64,000 bases of DNA from Candidatus Zixiibacteriota bacterium (GCA_030615745.1 JAUWYR010000002.1:15522-79521), one strand, 5' to 3'; positions 1-12,732 are shown, counted from the first letter of the stretch. Notes: a model not told the origin generated them from the letters alone. A program made the numbers and translations.

Positions 1-3
1 AAT

Positions 4-50
4 TCGTCATTCTTCATCCGTCATACGTCATTCTTTATCCGTCATTCTTC
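4..50. repeat. Degenerate heptamer tandem array (TCGTCAT/TCTTCAT/CCGTCAT), probably truncated by window start
   Basis: tcgtcat tcttcat ccgtcat acgtcat tctttat ccgtcat tcttc read directly. Confidence 0.75.
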
Positions 51-304
51 ATTTTTTAATTGATTTTTTGCTTGACTTTTGAGGGGGGAAAGGTTTAATT
101 TTAAACCTAAACGAACAATGTGAAAAAAAATGATTAACTTTAAAAGAAGGGAGTAAATAGGCAATGCGTCTATACTTCTGAATTGGAATGCTATCAGCAA
201 TGCGATTAAGAACAAAAGATGCAAAACCGTGGCTCTTCTTCGTGAACAGTCTTATGTCGTGAAATGGAGATATTTCTCATTTTCCGGCCTTAGGAGATGA
301 AATA

Positions 305-1297
305 ATGGAACAGGCTATTCAATTATTTGGATATCTAATACTTACTTTTTTGGGCATCGTGGCACCAATCATGGCAATTTTGTTATCTGTATTTAATGAG
401 GGGATATTGAAGTTAACTACCCAATATGAGAATGAAAAAGCCCAAAGTGAAGCAAATATCAGAGAACAAATGAAAGGTAAAGAAGAAGCAAAAGGGTTAG
501 ATATAGCAAAGATAGAGCAGAGTTTAAAGGAACTCAAAGCAATCAAGAAAAGCGCCAAAATTAAGCTATCTTTTCTAAATCCTAAAAGGGTAGTATCACG
601 CGTATTTATATTACTCCTCATTTCTTTTCTAGGAGTGATACTATCCCTTTTGAGTGATAGTAACAGTTATATCTGTTATGCGTCTGTCCTAGTAAGCATA
701 GCATGTTTCTGTTATGCTCTATTTATTCTTTGGAAATTACTGGGCGTTGTAATTGAAGTAAGAAAAACCATAGACGAAGAGAAGAGAGATATATATATGA
801 AAACAATAGAAAGAGATATGAAAACAATAGAATTATTATCAGCATTAGTGCGGAAGGAATCACAGTACTTTTTAAAGAATGTTTATATAGCCATAGATGA
901 CAAGAAAATTAAAGATAACGCAGGTGAAATTACAATGTCTGCCTATAAGAAACAAGAACTAAAAATCGGAATAATAAATAGTGAACTCCGAATGGCAAAG
1001 AATATAGAAATAGGTTTTACTTTCCCATCTGATTTTATTGTTGAAAAAACAGCTTACTATTCAATTTTTACTAGTAAAACAAGCCAAGTTGTTCGTTACA
1101 AATCAAGCTTTATCCATGGGAATACAGATCTAAAATTGAGCCCTTTAATTATTACACCGATTAAAGTAGGCGAGTATAAAATAGGAACCTTTATAAAAGC
1201 GGAAAATATTGAAACTATTAATCGGGATTTGAATCTTAAGGTTACTCCAGGCTGGCTATTTTCAGAAATATTCAAAGACATGCTCTCCAAACCATAA
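305..1297 (+). CDS. Hypothetical membrane protein (about 3 TM helices, coiled coil, beta-rich C-terminus)
   Basis: 330-aa ORF with AGGAG RBS and hydrophobic segments; no recognisable motif. Confidence 0.7.
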   Translation: MEQAIQLFGYLILTFLGIVAPIMAILLSVFNEGILKLTTQYENEKAQSEANIREQMKGKEEAKGLDIAKIEQSLKELKAIKKSAKIKLSFLNPKRVVSRVFILLLISFLGVILSLLSDSNSYICYASVLVSIACFCYALFILWKLLGVVIEVRKTIDEEKRDIYMKTIERDMKTIELLSALVRKESQYFLKNVYIAIDDKKIKDNAGEITMSAYKKQELKIGIINSELRMAKNIEIGFTFPSDFIVEKTAYYSIFTSKTSQVVRYKSSFIHGNTDLKLSPLIITPIKVGEYKIGTFIKAENIETINRDLNLKVTPGWLFSEIFKDMLSKP

Positions 1298-1307
1298 AAG
1301 GAGCAGA

Positions 1308-1592
1308 ATGACGACTTTTAAAGTTACGAAAATAATCGATGGAGATACCTTTGAAGTATCGCCTAATTGGAAATTGAATAACCAAACGGGGAGTGTCGTA
1401 AGGGCAAATGGTTATGATACGCCCGAAGAAGGTAAACCAGACTATCAAACTGCGAAGGACAAACTTGAAAACTTAATACTCAATAAGGAAGTCGAACTCA
1501 ACGACCCAATAAGGATTACTTATGGTCGCTTACTATGTGATGTTTATTATAAGGGGAAGAATATAGCTGATTATTTTACTGAATATCAGTAA
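1308..1592 (+). CDS. Small thermonuclease (SNase-like) family protein
   Basis: VTKIIDGDTF, GYDTPE and YGRLL motifs; AGGAG RBS. Confidence 0.85.
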   Translation: MTTFKVTKIIDGDTFEVSPNWKLNNQTGSVVRANGYDTPEEGKPDYQTAKDKLENLILNKEVELNDPIRITYGRLLCDVYYKGKNIADYFTEYQ

Positions 1593-1595
1593 AAG

Positions 1596-1621
1596 TAACC
1601 CCGATTTCTAAATCGGGGTTA
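1596..1621. repeat. Palindrome TAACCCCGATTT-CT-AAATCGGGGTTA between convergent genes (REP-like / bidirectional terminator)
   Basis: 12-bp perfect stem; related copy at ~51528-51551. Confidence 0.7.
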
Positions 1622-3856
1622 TCAGCACACCTTCAAAACCACCAAAGTGAAATCATCCCAGAAAGTCGCTCCTCTGGAGAAGTTGTTTACCTCTTTGACT
1701 AAAATATTTTTAATCTCATCTGCTGTTTGATGGCGGGAGGCCTCAAGTAAATCCAAAAGCCTCCTTTCCCCGAACTGCTCTTCAGATTTATTGAATGCCT
1801 CGGTTAAGCCATCGGAATAAAAGACTAAAATATCTTCTGAATCCAAAAACTTCTCACCTTTCTCATAAGTAGCAAAAGCAAAGGCTCCTAAGATCAATCC
1901 CCCCTCTTTTAAAAACTCGATTTCACCGGATTTACGCAAAAGCACTGGATAGTTATGACCGGCATTGCAATAACAAAGACTTTTTTTCTGCGGGTCGAAT
2001 TCACCGTAAAACATAGTGGCGAACTTCTCGGTGGAGGTTGAGGAATAGATTAGCTGATTTACGTTAGATATTACAAGATTCGGAAGGGGCGAATTTTTCG
2101 CCTCAGCCCTTAAGGATGCGTGGAGCAGAGATACTAAAAGTGCCGCTGGGATCCCCTTTCCAGTGGCATCGGCTATTGCTATCCCAAATGATTCATCCCC
2201 AGTTTTTATGAAATCGTAATAGTCTCCACCAACCTGCCTGGCAGGCTGTATATATGCTGAGACCTCAAATCCCTTACCAGTTGGAAGGGTCTTTGGAAGA
2301 AGGGCAAGCTGAATCTGCCGGGCAACCAAAAGCTCCTCCTCTAATTTTTGCTTTTCTAAAGACTCCGCATAAAGCTTTGCATTGTCAATCGCCACAACAA
2401 GCTGATTAGCTAAGACATTCAACAAGGTCAAATCCTCATAGGTGAACCTGAAACGAGTAGCCTTCTGAGATAAGCCGATAAACCCAATAAGTTCTTCTTT
2501 CTGAGAAAGAGGAACCGCCAGATGCAATCCACCCTGGCCGAGCAGGCCCGGAAACAAAAGCTTACTCATGGGAGTATCATCTGTTTTTATCTCCAACTCA
2601 TCAATATAAACCGGATTTTTTTTACCTTTTAAAGAAAGCAAAAATTTATCATCCTTCTCAAAATAGAATCTCCCCTCCTCAGCAAAGAGGACAAACTTAC
2701 CTTCATTATCCTGATAAACACACAAAAAGACCTTTTCCACCAGCATATTCCTCTTCAAGGTATCAAATACCGTCTCCTTCAGCTGGTCGAAATCAAAAAT
2801 TGTAATAATCTTTCTGCTGAAAGTCTCCATCATATTTCGGTAGTCAGAGGTATCTCTGATAAACATTCTCTTTATGAAATTATCCAGCTGACTCATTATA
2901 GGTTGAAAGAAAACCAGCGCTAAAATCACATAACTTATCTCTAAAATCGGTGTGGGACGCCCTAAGAAACCCTGGACTGCTTTTCCCAACTGAACCACAA
3001 CCAAAAAATAAAGCCCGACTAAAAGACCCGAGGTCAAAGAATAGACCAAGCTTTGTCTGACCAAAAGCCTTATATCTAAAAACTGGTGTTTGATTATAGC
3101 CCAGGCAATAGAACTTCCTCCAACAACCAGTGCTGTGATTGTCAAAAAATATTTCAGGTTATCTGAGATTTTTATAGGGGTAAGAACCGGGATTATGAAA
3201 GCCAGAGCATAAAGCCCTGTAGCAGACCATATCCCCCGGACTAAAAATTTGACCTGACGCTTTAGCCTCTGAATTTTAACCTTTTTGTAACCGAGATAAA
3301 GAAAAAAGACTGCTAAAAAAAGGTAAATCAAATTGACAACCGAGAAGAACTGAAGATGAAAACTATACAAAACACCCATCAGGGTGGCAAAGATTTTAAC
3401 CACAAAAGCAAAGGGTTCTAAAAGCCATCCAAAAACAAAACCTGTTTTCCAAGATTCTAAAGATCTAACCCAGCTATCCGGATCATAAAAAATTAGCATA
3501 AGAAAGATATGGAAAATGTGAGGTAAAAATAAAAGCCATTTAACCTTTGGAAAATCAAAAAGAAACTTTTTCTTTTCAGGAAAAACAAAGGAGAAAAGCA
3601 AAAGAAATGGGAAAAAAAGCTCCCACAGGTAAAAGATATTGGTGTAGAAAATCGATCGGGATATCTCCGGGGAGATGTCTTTAGCAATTGTTCCTAAAGC
3701 TCCCAATAAAGGTCCTAACCCAGCAAAAAAAAGCATCAGGCTGGTTATCCTGTTGATTTGGGCTTTGGGGTTCTCTCTGAAAATTACAACTGCCAAAAAA
3801 AATAGAAAGATACCACCAACTAAATAAATTGCTGCGACAATGGTTGAAAGGTTCAA
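1622..3856 (-). CDS. Membrane 7TM sensor + GAF + SpoIIE/PP2C (RsbU-like) phosphatase
   Basis: N-terminal TM helices; VGGDYYD, DATGKG, YCNAGH and YSDGLTEA motifs. Confidence 0.9.
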   Translation of the reverse strand: MNLSTIVAAIYLVGGIFLFFLAVVIFRENPKAQINRITSLMLFFAGLGPLLGALGTIAKDISPEISRSIFYTNIFYLWELFFPFLLLFSFVFPEKKKFLFDFPKVKWLLFLPHIFHIFLMLIFYDPDSWVRSLESWKTGFVFGWLLEPFAFVVKIFATLMGVLYSFHLQFFSVVNLIYLFLAVFFLYLGYKKVKIQRLKRQVKFLVRGIWSATGLYALAFIIPVLTPIKISDNLKYFLTITALVVGGSSIAWAIIKHQFLDIRLLVRQSLVYSLTSGLLVGLYFLVVVQLGKAVQGFLGRPTPILEISYVILALVFFQPIMSQLDNFIKRMFIRDTSDYRNMMETFSRKIITIFDFDQLKETVFDTLKRNMLVEKVFLCVYQDNEGKFVLFAEEGRFYFEKDDKFLLSLKGKKNPVYIDELEIKTDDTPMSKLLFPGLLGQGGLHLAVPLSQKEELIGFIGLSQKATRFRFTYEDLTLLNVLANQLVVAIDNAKLYAESLEKQKLEEELLVARQIQLALLPKTLPTGKGFEVSAYIQPARQVGGDYYDFIKTGDESFGIAIADATGKGIPAALLVSLLHASLRAEAKNSPLPNLVISNVNQLIYSSTSTEKFATMFYGEFDPQKKSLCYCNAGHNYPVLLRKSGEIEFLKEGGLILGAFAFATYEKGEKFLDSEDILVFYSDGLTEAFNKSEEQFGERRLLDLLEASRHQTADEIKNILVKEVNNFSRGATFWDDFTLVVLKVC
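2533..2547 (+). repeat. 15-nt CCTGGCCGAGCAGGC element, in frame inside the phosphatase gene
   Basis: Matches 4 other copies; removal restores LFPGGLHL from LFPGLLGQGGLHL. Confidence 0.75.
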
Positions 3857-3868
3857 CTCAATCCACCC

Positions 3869-4297
3869 TTACTTTTTCAAGTATTTAACCATCTTGACAA
3901 TGGTGCCGCCTTCCGGCTGGAAAATAAAGTTGACTTTATCCATCAAGGATTTTAAAATGAAAACCCCCCTTCCAACTTTTTTTAAAATATTTTCACCCTC
4001 TACCGGTGAGCTCAAAGACTCTGGGTCAAACCCATCTCCCTGATCTTCGACTGTGATCACTATCTTTAATTTTTCGATTTTTAAATCTATTTTGACCTTC
4101 TTCCCCCTATCGTTTTTATTTCCATGAACAATCGCATTGGTCACCGCCTCAGTAACGGAGATAGCCACATCAGCCAACTGGCTTTGATCCAGCCCGAGCT
4201 TTTTTAATTTTCCCTCAACGAACTCATCAACATCCCTAAGATAATCCAAAGAGCTTGGAACAGAGATTTTATTTTTCCCTTTTACGATTTTTCCCAT
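3869..4297 (-). CDS. Anti-sigma factor Ser/Thr kinase (RsbW-like HATPase)
   Basis: EAVTNAIVHGN, DQGDGF and GRGVFI boxes. Confidence 0.9.
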   Translation of the reverse strand: MGKIVKGKNKISVPSSLDYLRDVDEFVEGKLKKLGLDQSQLADVAISVTEAVTNAIVHGNKNDRGKKVKIDLKIEKLKIVITVEDQGDGFDPESLSSPVEGENILKKVGRGVFILKSLMDKVNFIFQPEGGTIVKMVKYLKK

Positions 4298-4374
4298 TTC
4301 TTTTCCTAAAGAGAAAAGGTAGGCTTGTGACCTACCCCATCCAATCTTTTTTTTAAAAAATTTGCCAGATGAAA

Positions 4375-4713
4375 TTATTTGAAGCTCTCAATTGCCTTCT
4401 CCAAAGAGTCGAATCTTTCGAAAACAGTGAGCAACCTGGTTATTTCCAGAAGCTTCTCGATTTTCTCAGTTACGTTTGCAAGCTTGAGTTCCCCCTGATT
4501 GTTGCGTATGGTGGTTAAAGCGGAGATCAGAATTCCAAGTCCAGTGGAGTTCATCCAGTCCACTTTAGATAGATCGATTACTATCCTTTTTTTATTCTGA
4601 GAAATAAGATTACGAAGCTTATCGTGTAATTCGGTCGCATCCGGTCCGCCCATAATTTTCCCCTGAGGAGAGATCACCACCACACCTTTTTTCTCACTGA
4701 TAGTAAACTCCAT
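4375..4713 (-). CDS. STAS anti-sigma factor antagonist (RsbV-like); start reassigned to ATG 4713
   Basis: DLSKVDWMNSTGLG motif; AGGAGG RBS before MEFTISEKK. Confidence 0.9.
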   Translation of the reverse strand: MEFTISEKKGVVVISPQGKIMGGPDATELHDKLRNLISQNKKRIVIDLSKVDWMNSTGLGILISALTTIRNNQGELKLANVTEKIEKLLEITRLLTVFERFDSLEKAIESFK

Positions 4714-4836
4714 AAGAAATCCTCCTAAAATATGAACCTTTTTAAATTCTACGAAGGAAAAAAAATTGCGTTTCAACAAAAAAATAAAGCCACCACAGAT
4801 GACTTTTCGAATTTTGGGATAAAATATTTTGAACTC

Positions 4837-5253
4837 TTATTTGAACAAAGCTTTTATTTTACCCCAGGTGGTCAATTTTACATTCAGGGAGGAAACAGTT
4901 ATTTTTTGTCTTATTGTGCCAGAAAAAGCTTTAATCGGGGGGGTGGCTTTTTGCCCATTGACCTTCAAAACTATAATATCATCCTCTGACCATCCATCCT
5001 TTTTCTGAGTATCTGGGTCATCCTTTGGTATACATAGAGAATATTCGCCATCTTCTGTGGTGGTCTGGGCTACTAGATTATTATCTATATATGCGGTTAC
5101 TTCATATCCATCCTCAGCTGGCGCACCCCGGTAGTCTACTTCACCCCACAGACAACAAAAAGAGGACTTATGTTGAGCAAAAAGTGTCCCTGAAAAAAGA
5201 AAAAGAAGTATCAAACTTAAAATTGAAAGAACCTTTATTTTTCCCCCGCTCAA
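4837..5253 (-). CDS. Small secreted protein with C-terminal TWGKIK motif
   Basis: Signal-peptide-like N-terminus; ends LTTWGKIKALFK. Confidence 0.75.
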   Translation of the reverse strand: MSGGKIKVLSILSLILLFLFSGTLFAQHKSSFCCLWGEVDYRGAPAEDGYEVTAYIDNNLVAQTTTEDGEYSLCIPKDDPDTQKKDGWSEDDIIVLKVNGQKATPPIKAFSGTIRQKITVSSLNVKLTTWGKIKALFK

Positions 5254-5333
5254 ATTTGAACCCCTCCGCTATTTTCTCTTCATTTTATGTTTTTTCTCGG
5301 ATTTGTCAAGTAAAAAATTTAATTTTTTTTAAA

Positions 5334-5957
5334 TTAAATCTGGTTAATCAGGGCAAAGGAGAGATGTTCTAACTCCATTGCCATGTTCACTGTTCTTAAA
5401 AAGACTTGATCTGGAACTTTTATATTAGCTGGGGCGAAGTTTAATATAGTTCTTATACCTGCTTTGACAACCTGGTCTACAACTTTTTGGGCTTGGTCTG
5501 CTGGAACTGCTATTATCACCATCTCGATTTTACTCTCCTTCAATTCTTTGACCAAATCTTTCACATCCTTAATTATAATCCCCTTGTGATTTTTCCCTAT
5601 TTTCCTTTGGTCGTTATCAAATAAAAGCTTTATTAAAAATCCCTGTTTTGCAAATTCTTTGTATGATACTAAAGCGGAGCCCACATTTCCAACGCCGATC
5701 AAGGCGACCTTCCAGGTTTTGTCCAACCCAAGAATCGAGGCGATCTTTTCTTTCAACTCCAATACCTTATAACCTAACCCTCTTGTTCCAAAGCTTCCAA
5801 ATAAAGACAAATCTTTTCTTACCTGAGCCGGGGTGAGCTTTTCTATTTTTGCCAACTCTTTTGAAGAAACAGTAACGTATCCTTCTTTTTCCAATAAGCG
5901 GAGCACACGATAATATCTCGAAAGCCTCTTTACCGTGGATTCTGACACTTTTCTCAC
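5334..5957 (-). CDS. rex: Redox-sensing transcriptional repressor Rex
   Basis: RLSRY, QVRKDLS, GTRGLGY and GVGNVG motifs. Confidence 0.95.
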   Translation of the reverse strand: MRKVSESTVKRLSRYYRVLRLLEKEGYVTVSSKELAKIEKLTPAQVRKDLSLFGSFGTRGLGYKVLELKEKIASILGLDKTWKVALIGVGNVGSALVSYKEFAKQGFLIKLLFDNDQRKIGKNHKGIIIKDVKDLVKELKESKIEMVIIAVPADQAQKVVDQVVKAGIRTILNFAPANIKVPDQVFLRTVNMAMELEHLSFALINQI

Positions 5958-5979
5958 AAAAATTTATCCTTTCTTAACC

Positions 5980-5997
5980 TTGTGAACTCTTTCACAA
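5980..5997. promoter_or_regulatory. Rex operator TTGTGAA-CTCT-TTCACAA (probable autoregulation)
   Basis: Perfect match to the established TTGTGAA-N4-TTCACAA consensus, 22 nt upstream of the rex start. Confidence 0.9.
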
Positions 5998-6114
5998 TTA
6001 TGAAGGAAAAAGTTAAATTGTCAAGGGAAAAATGGCAGTATTTTACACTGAAGAGAAAAGATTACCAACAGATGAAATGGACTACAAAAGATTGTATCCA
6101 ACATTTGAGTTTCT

Positions 6115-6190
6115 GGAGTGTAAAGCTTCAGCTTTACCTTATGGAGAAATAATCTTTTTTATCATAGGGCAGGGCATTTAGCCCTGCCAC
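6115..6190. repeat. REP-like palindromes (GTAAAGCT-TC-AGCTTTAC; GGCAGGGC-ATTTA-GCCCTGCC)
   Basis: Two short stems; the first is related to 51638-51660. Confidence 0.65.
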
Positions 6191-6296
6191 AAATTATCTT
6201 TTGAAATTTTTTTATGAAACTTTCCTTTATCTTCTGAGTAAAACACAAATGAGAGGAAAACCTCACCTCTTTTTATAGCTGCATTCCTCCTTTTTC

Positions 6297-6328
6297 AAGG
6301 CTGCCTCGCTTTAAAAGGCAGCCTTTTG
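6297..6328 (+). terminator. Rho-independent terminator-like hairpin
   Basis: AAGGCTGCCT...AGGCAGCCTT followed by a short T run. Confidence 0.55.
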
Positions 6329-6412
6329 CAATTGACAAATTAGATTCTAAAGCGTAATCGGAAAAAAGACAAAAGTTAAAAACAGATTTTATAAAACAGG
6401 ATACCAGTTTTT

Positions 6413-6670
6413 TTAAAATATCTTCCCCACTACCCAGATTATAATAAAAACTGAAATCAAAGAGTTCAAGATAACCAACAAAGAATACTTGACATCCCTT
6501 TTGGATATATCCTTTTTGAAAGAAAGATTGGTCAGCAAAAAATTAAATCTTTTACCGGTTCTTTTAACAGATACTTTCTGCCAGCCTAAAAGGATTAGTT
6601 TTAAAATAAAAATAAATAACAAAAAAATAAGGGCTATCTTTAGCCCATCCACCCCGGATGATTGAAACAT
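6413..6670 (-). CDS. Small hypothetical 2-TM membrane protein
   Basis: 85-aa ORF with two hydrophobic stretches. Confidence 0.5.
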   Translation of the reverse strand: MFQSSGVDGLKIALIFLLFIFILKLILLGWQKVSVKRTGKRFNFLLTNLSFKKDISKRDVKYSLLVILNSLISVFIIIWVVGKIF

Positions 6671-6778
6671 AATTTTTGAACTAAACTTTCCAGAGTATAA
6701 AAACTGTAAACTAAAAAAACTCTGACTACTGCCTACCTCCTACAATATCTCTTTTCCCAAATCTCAGCTCTCGAATCT

Positions 6779-9211
6779 CTATTCTTCTTCAGCTTTCATA
6801 ACCCTGGCGATATCTACCACCTTATCCCCTTCATCTAAATTTATCAGCCTCACACCCTGAGTCGCTCTTCCAATCGCCTTAATCTGTTTAGCAGGTTGTC
6901 TGATTATCTTTCCCTTCTGAGTTATAATCAAAAGCTCATCCTCATCCTCAACCATCTTGATAGCAACAGCTTTTCCATTCCTTTTGGTTGTCCTTATGTT
7001 TATTATCCCCTTTCCCCCACGATTGGTTATTCTATAATCAGAGACATCGGTTCTTTTACCATAGCCGTTCTCAGTGATAACTAAGATTTTTGTATCTTTT
7101 TTAATGATCTCCATTCCAATAACAAAGTCCTTATCCGAAAGATTTATTCCTCTAACTCCATAAGCATTTCTTCCGGTGGGTCTGATTTTGATCTCAGGAA
7201 ATCTTATAGCAACCCCACCTGTTGTGGCTAAAAGTATATCATAGGTCCCATCAGTTATCGTCGCTTCAATCAACTGATCATCTTCAGGAAGATTTATTGC
7301 GATGATCCCTCCCTTTCGAGGATTGGAAAAAGCATCCAGCTTTGTCTTTTTTATCACTCCTTTTTTAGTTGCCATCACAACAAAACGCTTCTCATCGAAT
7401 TTATCCACCGGAACAAAAGCAGTTATGTTCTCATCTTTACCTAAATCCAAAAGGTTAACTATAGGCTTCCCTTTTGTCAATCTCCCCCCCTGTGGAATCT
7501 CATAAACCTTTAGCCAGTGGCATCTGCCTTTGGTAGTAAAGAAAAGTATATAATCGTGGGTGAAGGCGATAAACAGATGTTCAACAAAATCTGTTTCCTT
7601 GGTCCCAATCCCTATAACTCCCTTTCCACCTCTGGACTGACGCTTGTAAGCATCGACACCCAGCCTTTTTATATATCCCTGATGAGTGATGGTTATCACC
7701 ATATCCTCCTCAGCTATCAAATCCTCTAAGGTGAACTCCTCCTCCTCCTCTTTTATCTCAGTCCTTCTCGGGTCCGCATATTTTTTCTTTAACTCTAAAA
7801 GCTCCTCTTTTATAAGTTGCATCCTTTTGACTTTGCTTTCGAGAATCCCTTTAAGTTGAGCAATCAATTTTATAAGCTCTAAGTATTCATCCTCAACTTT
7901 TTTCCGCTCAAGCCCGGTAAGCCTCGAAAGCCTCATATCCAATATCGCCTGCGCCTGGATCTCAGTTAATTCGTAATTTTTTATAAGTCCCTTTTTAGCA
8001 TCATCGGGGGTTTTTGATCTTCTAATCAATTTTATTATCGCATCTAAATACTTTAAAGCGATTTTAAATCCCTCTAAGATGTGTGCCCGCTTCTCCGCTC
8101 TTTTTAATTCGAATTTCATCCTTCTTGTGATAACCTCATGGCGATGTTCCAAAAAGTGCGAAAGAAGCTGTTTTAAGGTCAAAATCTTTGGCTGACCATC
8201 AACCAGAGCTAAAAGTATTACCCCGAATGTGCTCTGCATTTGAGTTTGCTTGAAGAGCTGATTCAAAATCACCTCAGCCGGAGCATCCCTTTTTAACTCA
8301 ATCACAATCCTCATCCCTTCTCTGTCGGACTCATCCCTTAAATCAGAGATCCCTTCGATGACCTTATTGTTCACCAAACTTGCAATCCTTTCCAGAAGGT
8401 TGGATTTGTTGATCTGAAAAGGTATCTCTGTTATTACAATCGATTCCTTTCCAGATTTTTGCTTCTCTGCTTTTGCCCTTGCTCTTAAGATGATCCTTCC
8501 TCTTCCTGTCCTGTAAGCTTCTGTTATCCCCGAAGTGCCGTAGATTATTCCTCCGGTTGGAAAGTCAGGACCAGGAATAAAGTTTAAAAGGTCCTCATCC
8601 TCTGTTTCAGGCTCCTCTATTATGTTTACCAATGCATCTACAACTTCACCCAGATTATGGGGGGGAATGTTTGTAGCCATTCCAACAGCGATGCCGGAGG
8701 AACCATTGCATACCAAATTAGGGAACCTGGAGGGCAAAACCACTGGTTCTTCTCTGGTCTCATCGTAGTTGGGTTGAAAATCCACTGTATCCTTTTCTAA
8801 GTCAGAAAGGATCTCCGTAGCAAAGAATGAAATCCGTGCCTCAGTGTATCTCATAGCTGCCGGAGCATCTCCATCGATGGACCCGAAGTTTCCCTGCCCA
8901 TCCACCAAAGGATATCTTAAGTTGAAATCCTGAGCCATCCTCACTAAAGTGGGATAGACCACCTGTTCGCCATGGGGATGATAATTACCCGAGGTATCTC
9001 CGCAGATTTTAGCACACTTCCTGGGAGGTCTCTCAGGGGATAAACCCAAATCGTTCATCGCCACTAAAATCCTTCGCATCGATGGTTTTAAACCATCCCT
9101 CACGTCTGGCAATGCACGGGAAGTTATAACAGACATAGAGTAGTCTATATAGGAGGATTTCATCTCCTCCTCAATATAGACCGGAACGACTTTCTCTTTG
9201 TTTCCTAACAT
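6779..9211 (-). CDS. gyrA: DNA gyrase subunit A
   Basis: [24 protein letters not shown] and GyrA-box-like QSRGGKG. Confidence 0.98.
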   Translation of the reverse strand: MLGNKEKVVPVYIEEEMKSSYIDYSMSVITSRALPDVRDGLKPSMRRILVAMNDLGLSPERPPRKCAKICGDTSGNYHPHGEQVVYPTLVRMAQDFNLRYPLVDGQGNFGSIDGDAPAAMRYTEARISFFATEILSDLEKDTVDFQPNYDETREEPVVLPSRFPNLVCNGSSGIAVGMATNIPPHNLGEVVDALVNIIEEPETEDEDLLNFIPGPDFPTGGIIYGTSGITEAYRTGRGRIILRARAKAEKQKSGKESIVITEIPFQINKSNLLERIASLVNNKVIEGISDLRDESDREGMRIVIELKRDAPAEVILNQLFKQTQMQSTFGVILLALVDGQPKILTLKQLLSHFLEHRHEVITRRMKFELKRAEKRAHILEGFKIALKYLDAIIKLIRRSKTPDDAKKGLIKNYELTEIQAQAILDMRLSRLTGLERKKVEDEYLELIKLIAQLKGILESKVKRMQLIKEELLELKKKYADPRRTEIKEEEEEFTLEDLIAEEDMVITITHQGYIKRLGVDAYKRQSRGGKGVIGIGTKETDFVEHLFIAFTHDYILFFTTKGRCHWLKVYEIPQGGRLTKGKPIVNLLDLGKDENITAFVPVDKFDEKRFVVMATKKGVIKKTKLDAFSNPRKGGIIAINLPEDDQLIEATITDGTYDILLATTGGVAIRFPEIKIRPTGRNAYGVRGINLSDKDFVIGMEIIKKDTKILVITENGYGKRTDVSDYRITNRGGKGIINIRTTKRNGKAVAIKMVEDEDELLIITQKGKIIRQPAKQIKAIGRATQGVRLINLDEGDKVVDIARVMKAEEE

Positions 9212-9621
9212 TATTGTTGACCTTCAAATACCTTTATCTTCTCCCCTAAGCTCTTCTGCAAAAAAGAGGCAATTTTTATTACATTGATACCATCTTTTCT
9301 TTTGATTTCTACGTCAAAGCGACCTGTTGCCTCTTTGCTTTTATTAAATGCCCAATAAAGATTCCTCATAGATATTTTGGAAAATTTCCTTGCCTCTGCA
9401 TAAAATTTCCAAAAAGAATTTAGTATTCCAATACTTGAACGAGGAAGTCTTTCTTTTTTTAGGATAAGCAAACCTCTTAAGGAAAGTTCCAACGAGTGAT
9501 ACCCTGTGTATACAGCTAAACGAGCCAAGCCCACTTTTAGGCTTTCTTTTGAACCGTACAAATACTCTTTTGAAAGTTTAAAAAAATCTAATGCTTTGTA
9601 TTTTTTCTCTAAAAGACTCAT
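9211..9621 (-). CDS. HEPN-domain protein, apparently degenerate and without an adjacent MNT partner
   Basis: AVYTGYHSLELSLRGLL helix pattern; no R-x4-H/Y motif; stop overlaps gyrA ATG. Confidence 0.6.
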   Translation of the reverse strand: MSLLEKKYKALDFFKLSKEYLYGSKESLKVGLARLAVYTGYHSLELSLRGLLILKKERLPRSSIGILNSFWKFYAEARKFSKISMRNLYWAFNKSKEATGRFDVEIKRKDGINVIKIASFLQKSLGEKIKVFEGQQ

Positions 9622-9703
9622 ACTTGAGATCTTAAACGTTGTGTTTACTCAACTTTTAATTTAAAAAATTGTTAAATTATTTGTCCTAATAAACATACGC
9701 ATT

Positions 9704-9769
9704 TATATAGGAAGATTTCATCTCCTCCTCAATGTAGACTAGAAAGATTTTCTCTTTGTTTTAATACAT
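9704..9769 (-). pseudogene. Degenerate duplicate of the first 22 codons of gyrA
   Basis: 56/66 nt identical to 9146-9211; reads [21 protein letters not shown]. Confidence 0.9.
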
Positions 9770-9839
9770 CTTTAAATATTAAAAAAAGGGGTTAGCTCTT
9801 TGTTTTGAGTTCTTCTGTAATCCTTTATGGAAAAGCTGA

Positions 9840-9890
9840 GCAAAAATAAATTTCTGCACTCCAAACCTATCGATCAAAATTTATTACATA
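9840..9890 (-). repeat. Degenerate duplicate of gyrB 3' end and downstream flank (partner 10425-10474)
   Basis: GCAAAAATAAATTT(C)TGCACTCCAAACCTAT shared; encodes YVINFDR* versus gyrB YVKNLDV*. Confidence 0.85.
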
Positions 9891-9902
9891 GTTAAAATAT
9901 CT

Positions 9903-10130
9903 TTAAAGTTTATTGAATTCCTCAATTGAGAGCTTAGCTTGATGAATCACAATGTTTCTCAAGGTTCCGATGGGGATATCTTTTCCATGAAGAGGCACCA
10001 CCGCAATTCTTCCAGTCTTGGGATTTTTAAGAGAAACATGACTTCCTCTTTGATGGGTCCTTCGAAATCCGGCCTTTTCCAATTTTTTTATCACTCTCCT
10101 TGCCGAAAGAGCTTTTAATCTCTCTGACAT
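9903..10130 (-). CDS. hicA: HicA family toxin
   Basis: GF..QRGSH, VVPLH and IPIGTLRNI motifs. Confidence 0.9.
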   Translation of the reverse strand: MSERLKALSARRVIKKLEKAGFRRTHQRGSHVSLKNPKTGRIAVVPLHGKDIPIGTLRNIVIHQAKLSIEEFNKL

Positions 10131-10393
10131 TAAGATCTCGACGAAGTTTTTTTCGTCACATATAATTTTATGTAAGTTCCTTCAGTCCGAAAAACAGGCT
10201 TAGGGATAGGCCTTTTCTCCTTTTCAAGTGTTTCTAAATAACATAAAGCTGCCTCTTTAACATTTGCTTCCGCTTCAGCAAATGTATCACCAAAAGATGA
10301 AACATTATTCAATTCAGGAATGGTGGCTATTACCCTGCCCGTTTTTTTGTCCACTTCGTATTCAATCCTGAAATTGTACTCCTTTTTAGTCAT
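10130..10393 (-). CDS. hicB: HicB family antitoxin
   Basis: IPELNNVSSFGDTFAEAEANVKEA motif; translationally coupled to hicA. Confidence 0.9.
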   Translation of the reverse strand: MTKKEYNFRIEYEVDKKTGRVIATIPELNNVSSFGDTFAEAEANVKEAALCYLETLEKEKRPIPKPVFRTEGTYIKLYVTKKTSSRS

Positions 10394-10450
10394 GCTCTCC
10401 TTCCATATAAGTTATTTAAAAAAGGCAAAAATAAATTTTGCACTCCAAAC

Positions 10451-12732
<2,282 letters not shown>

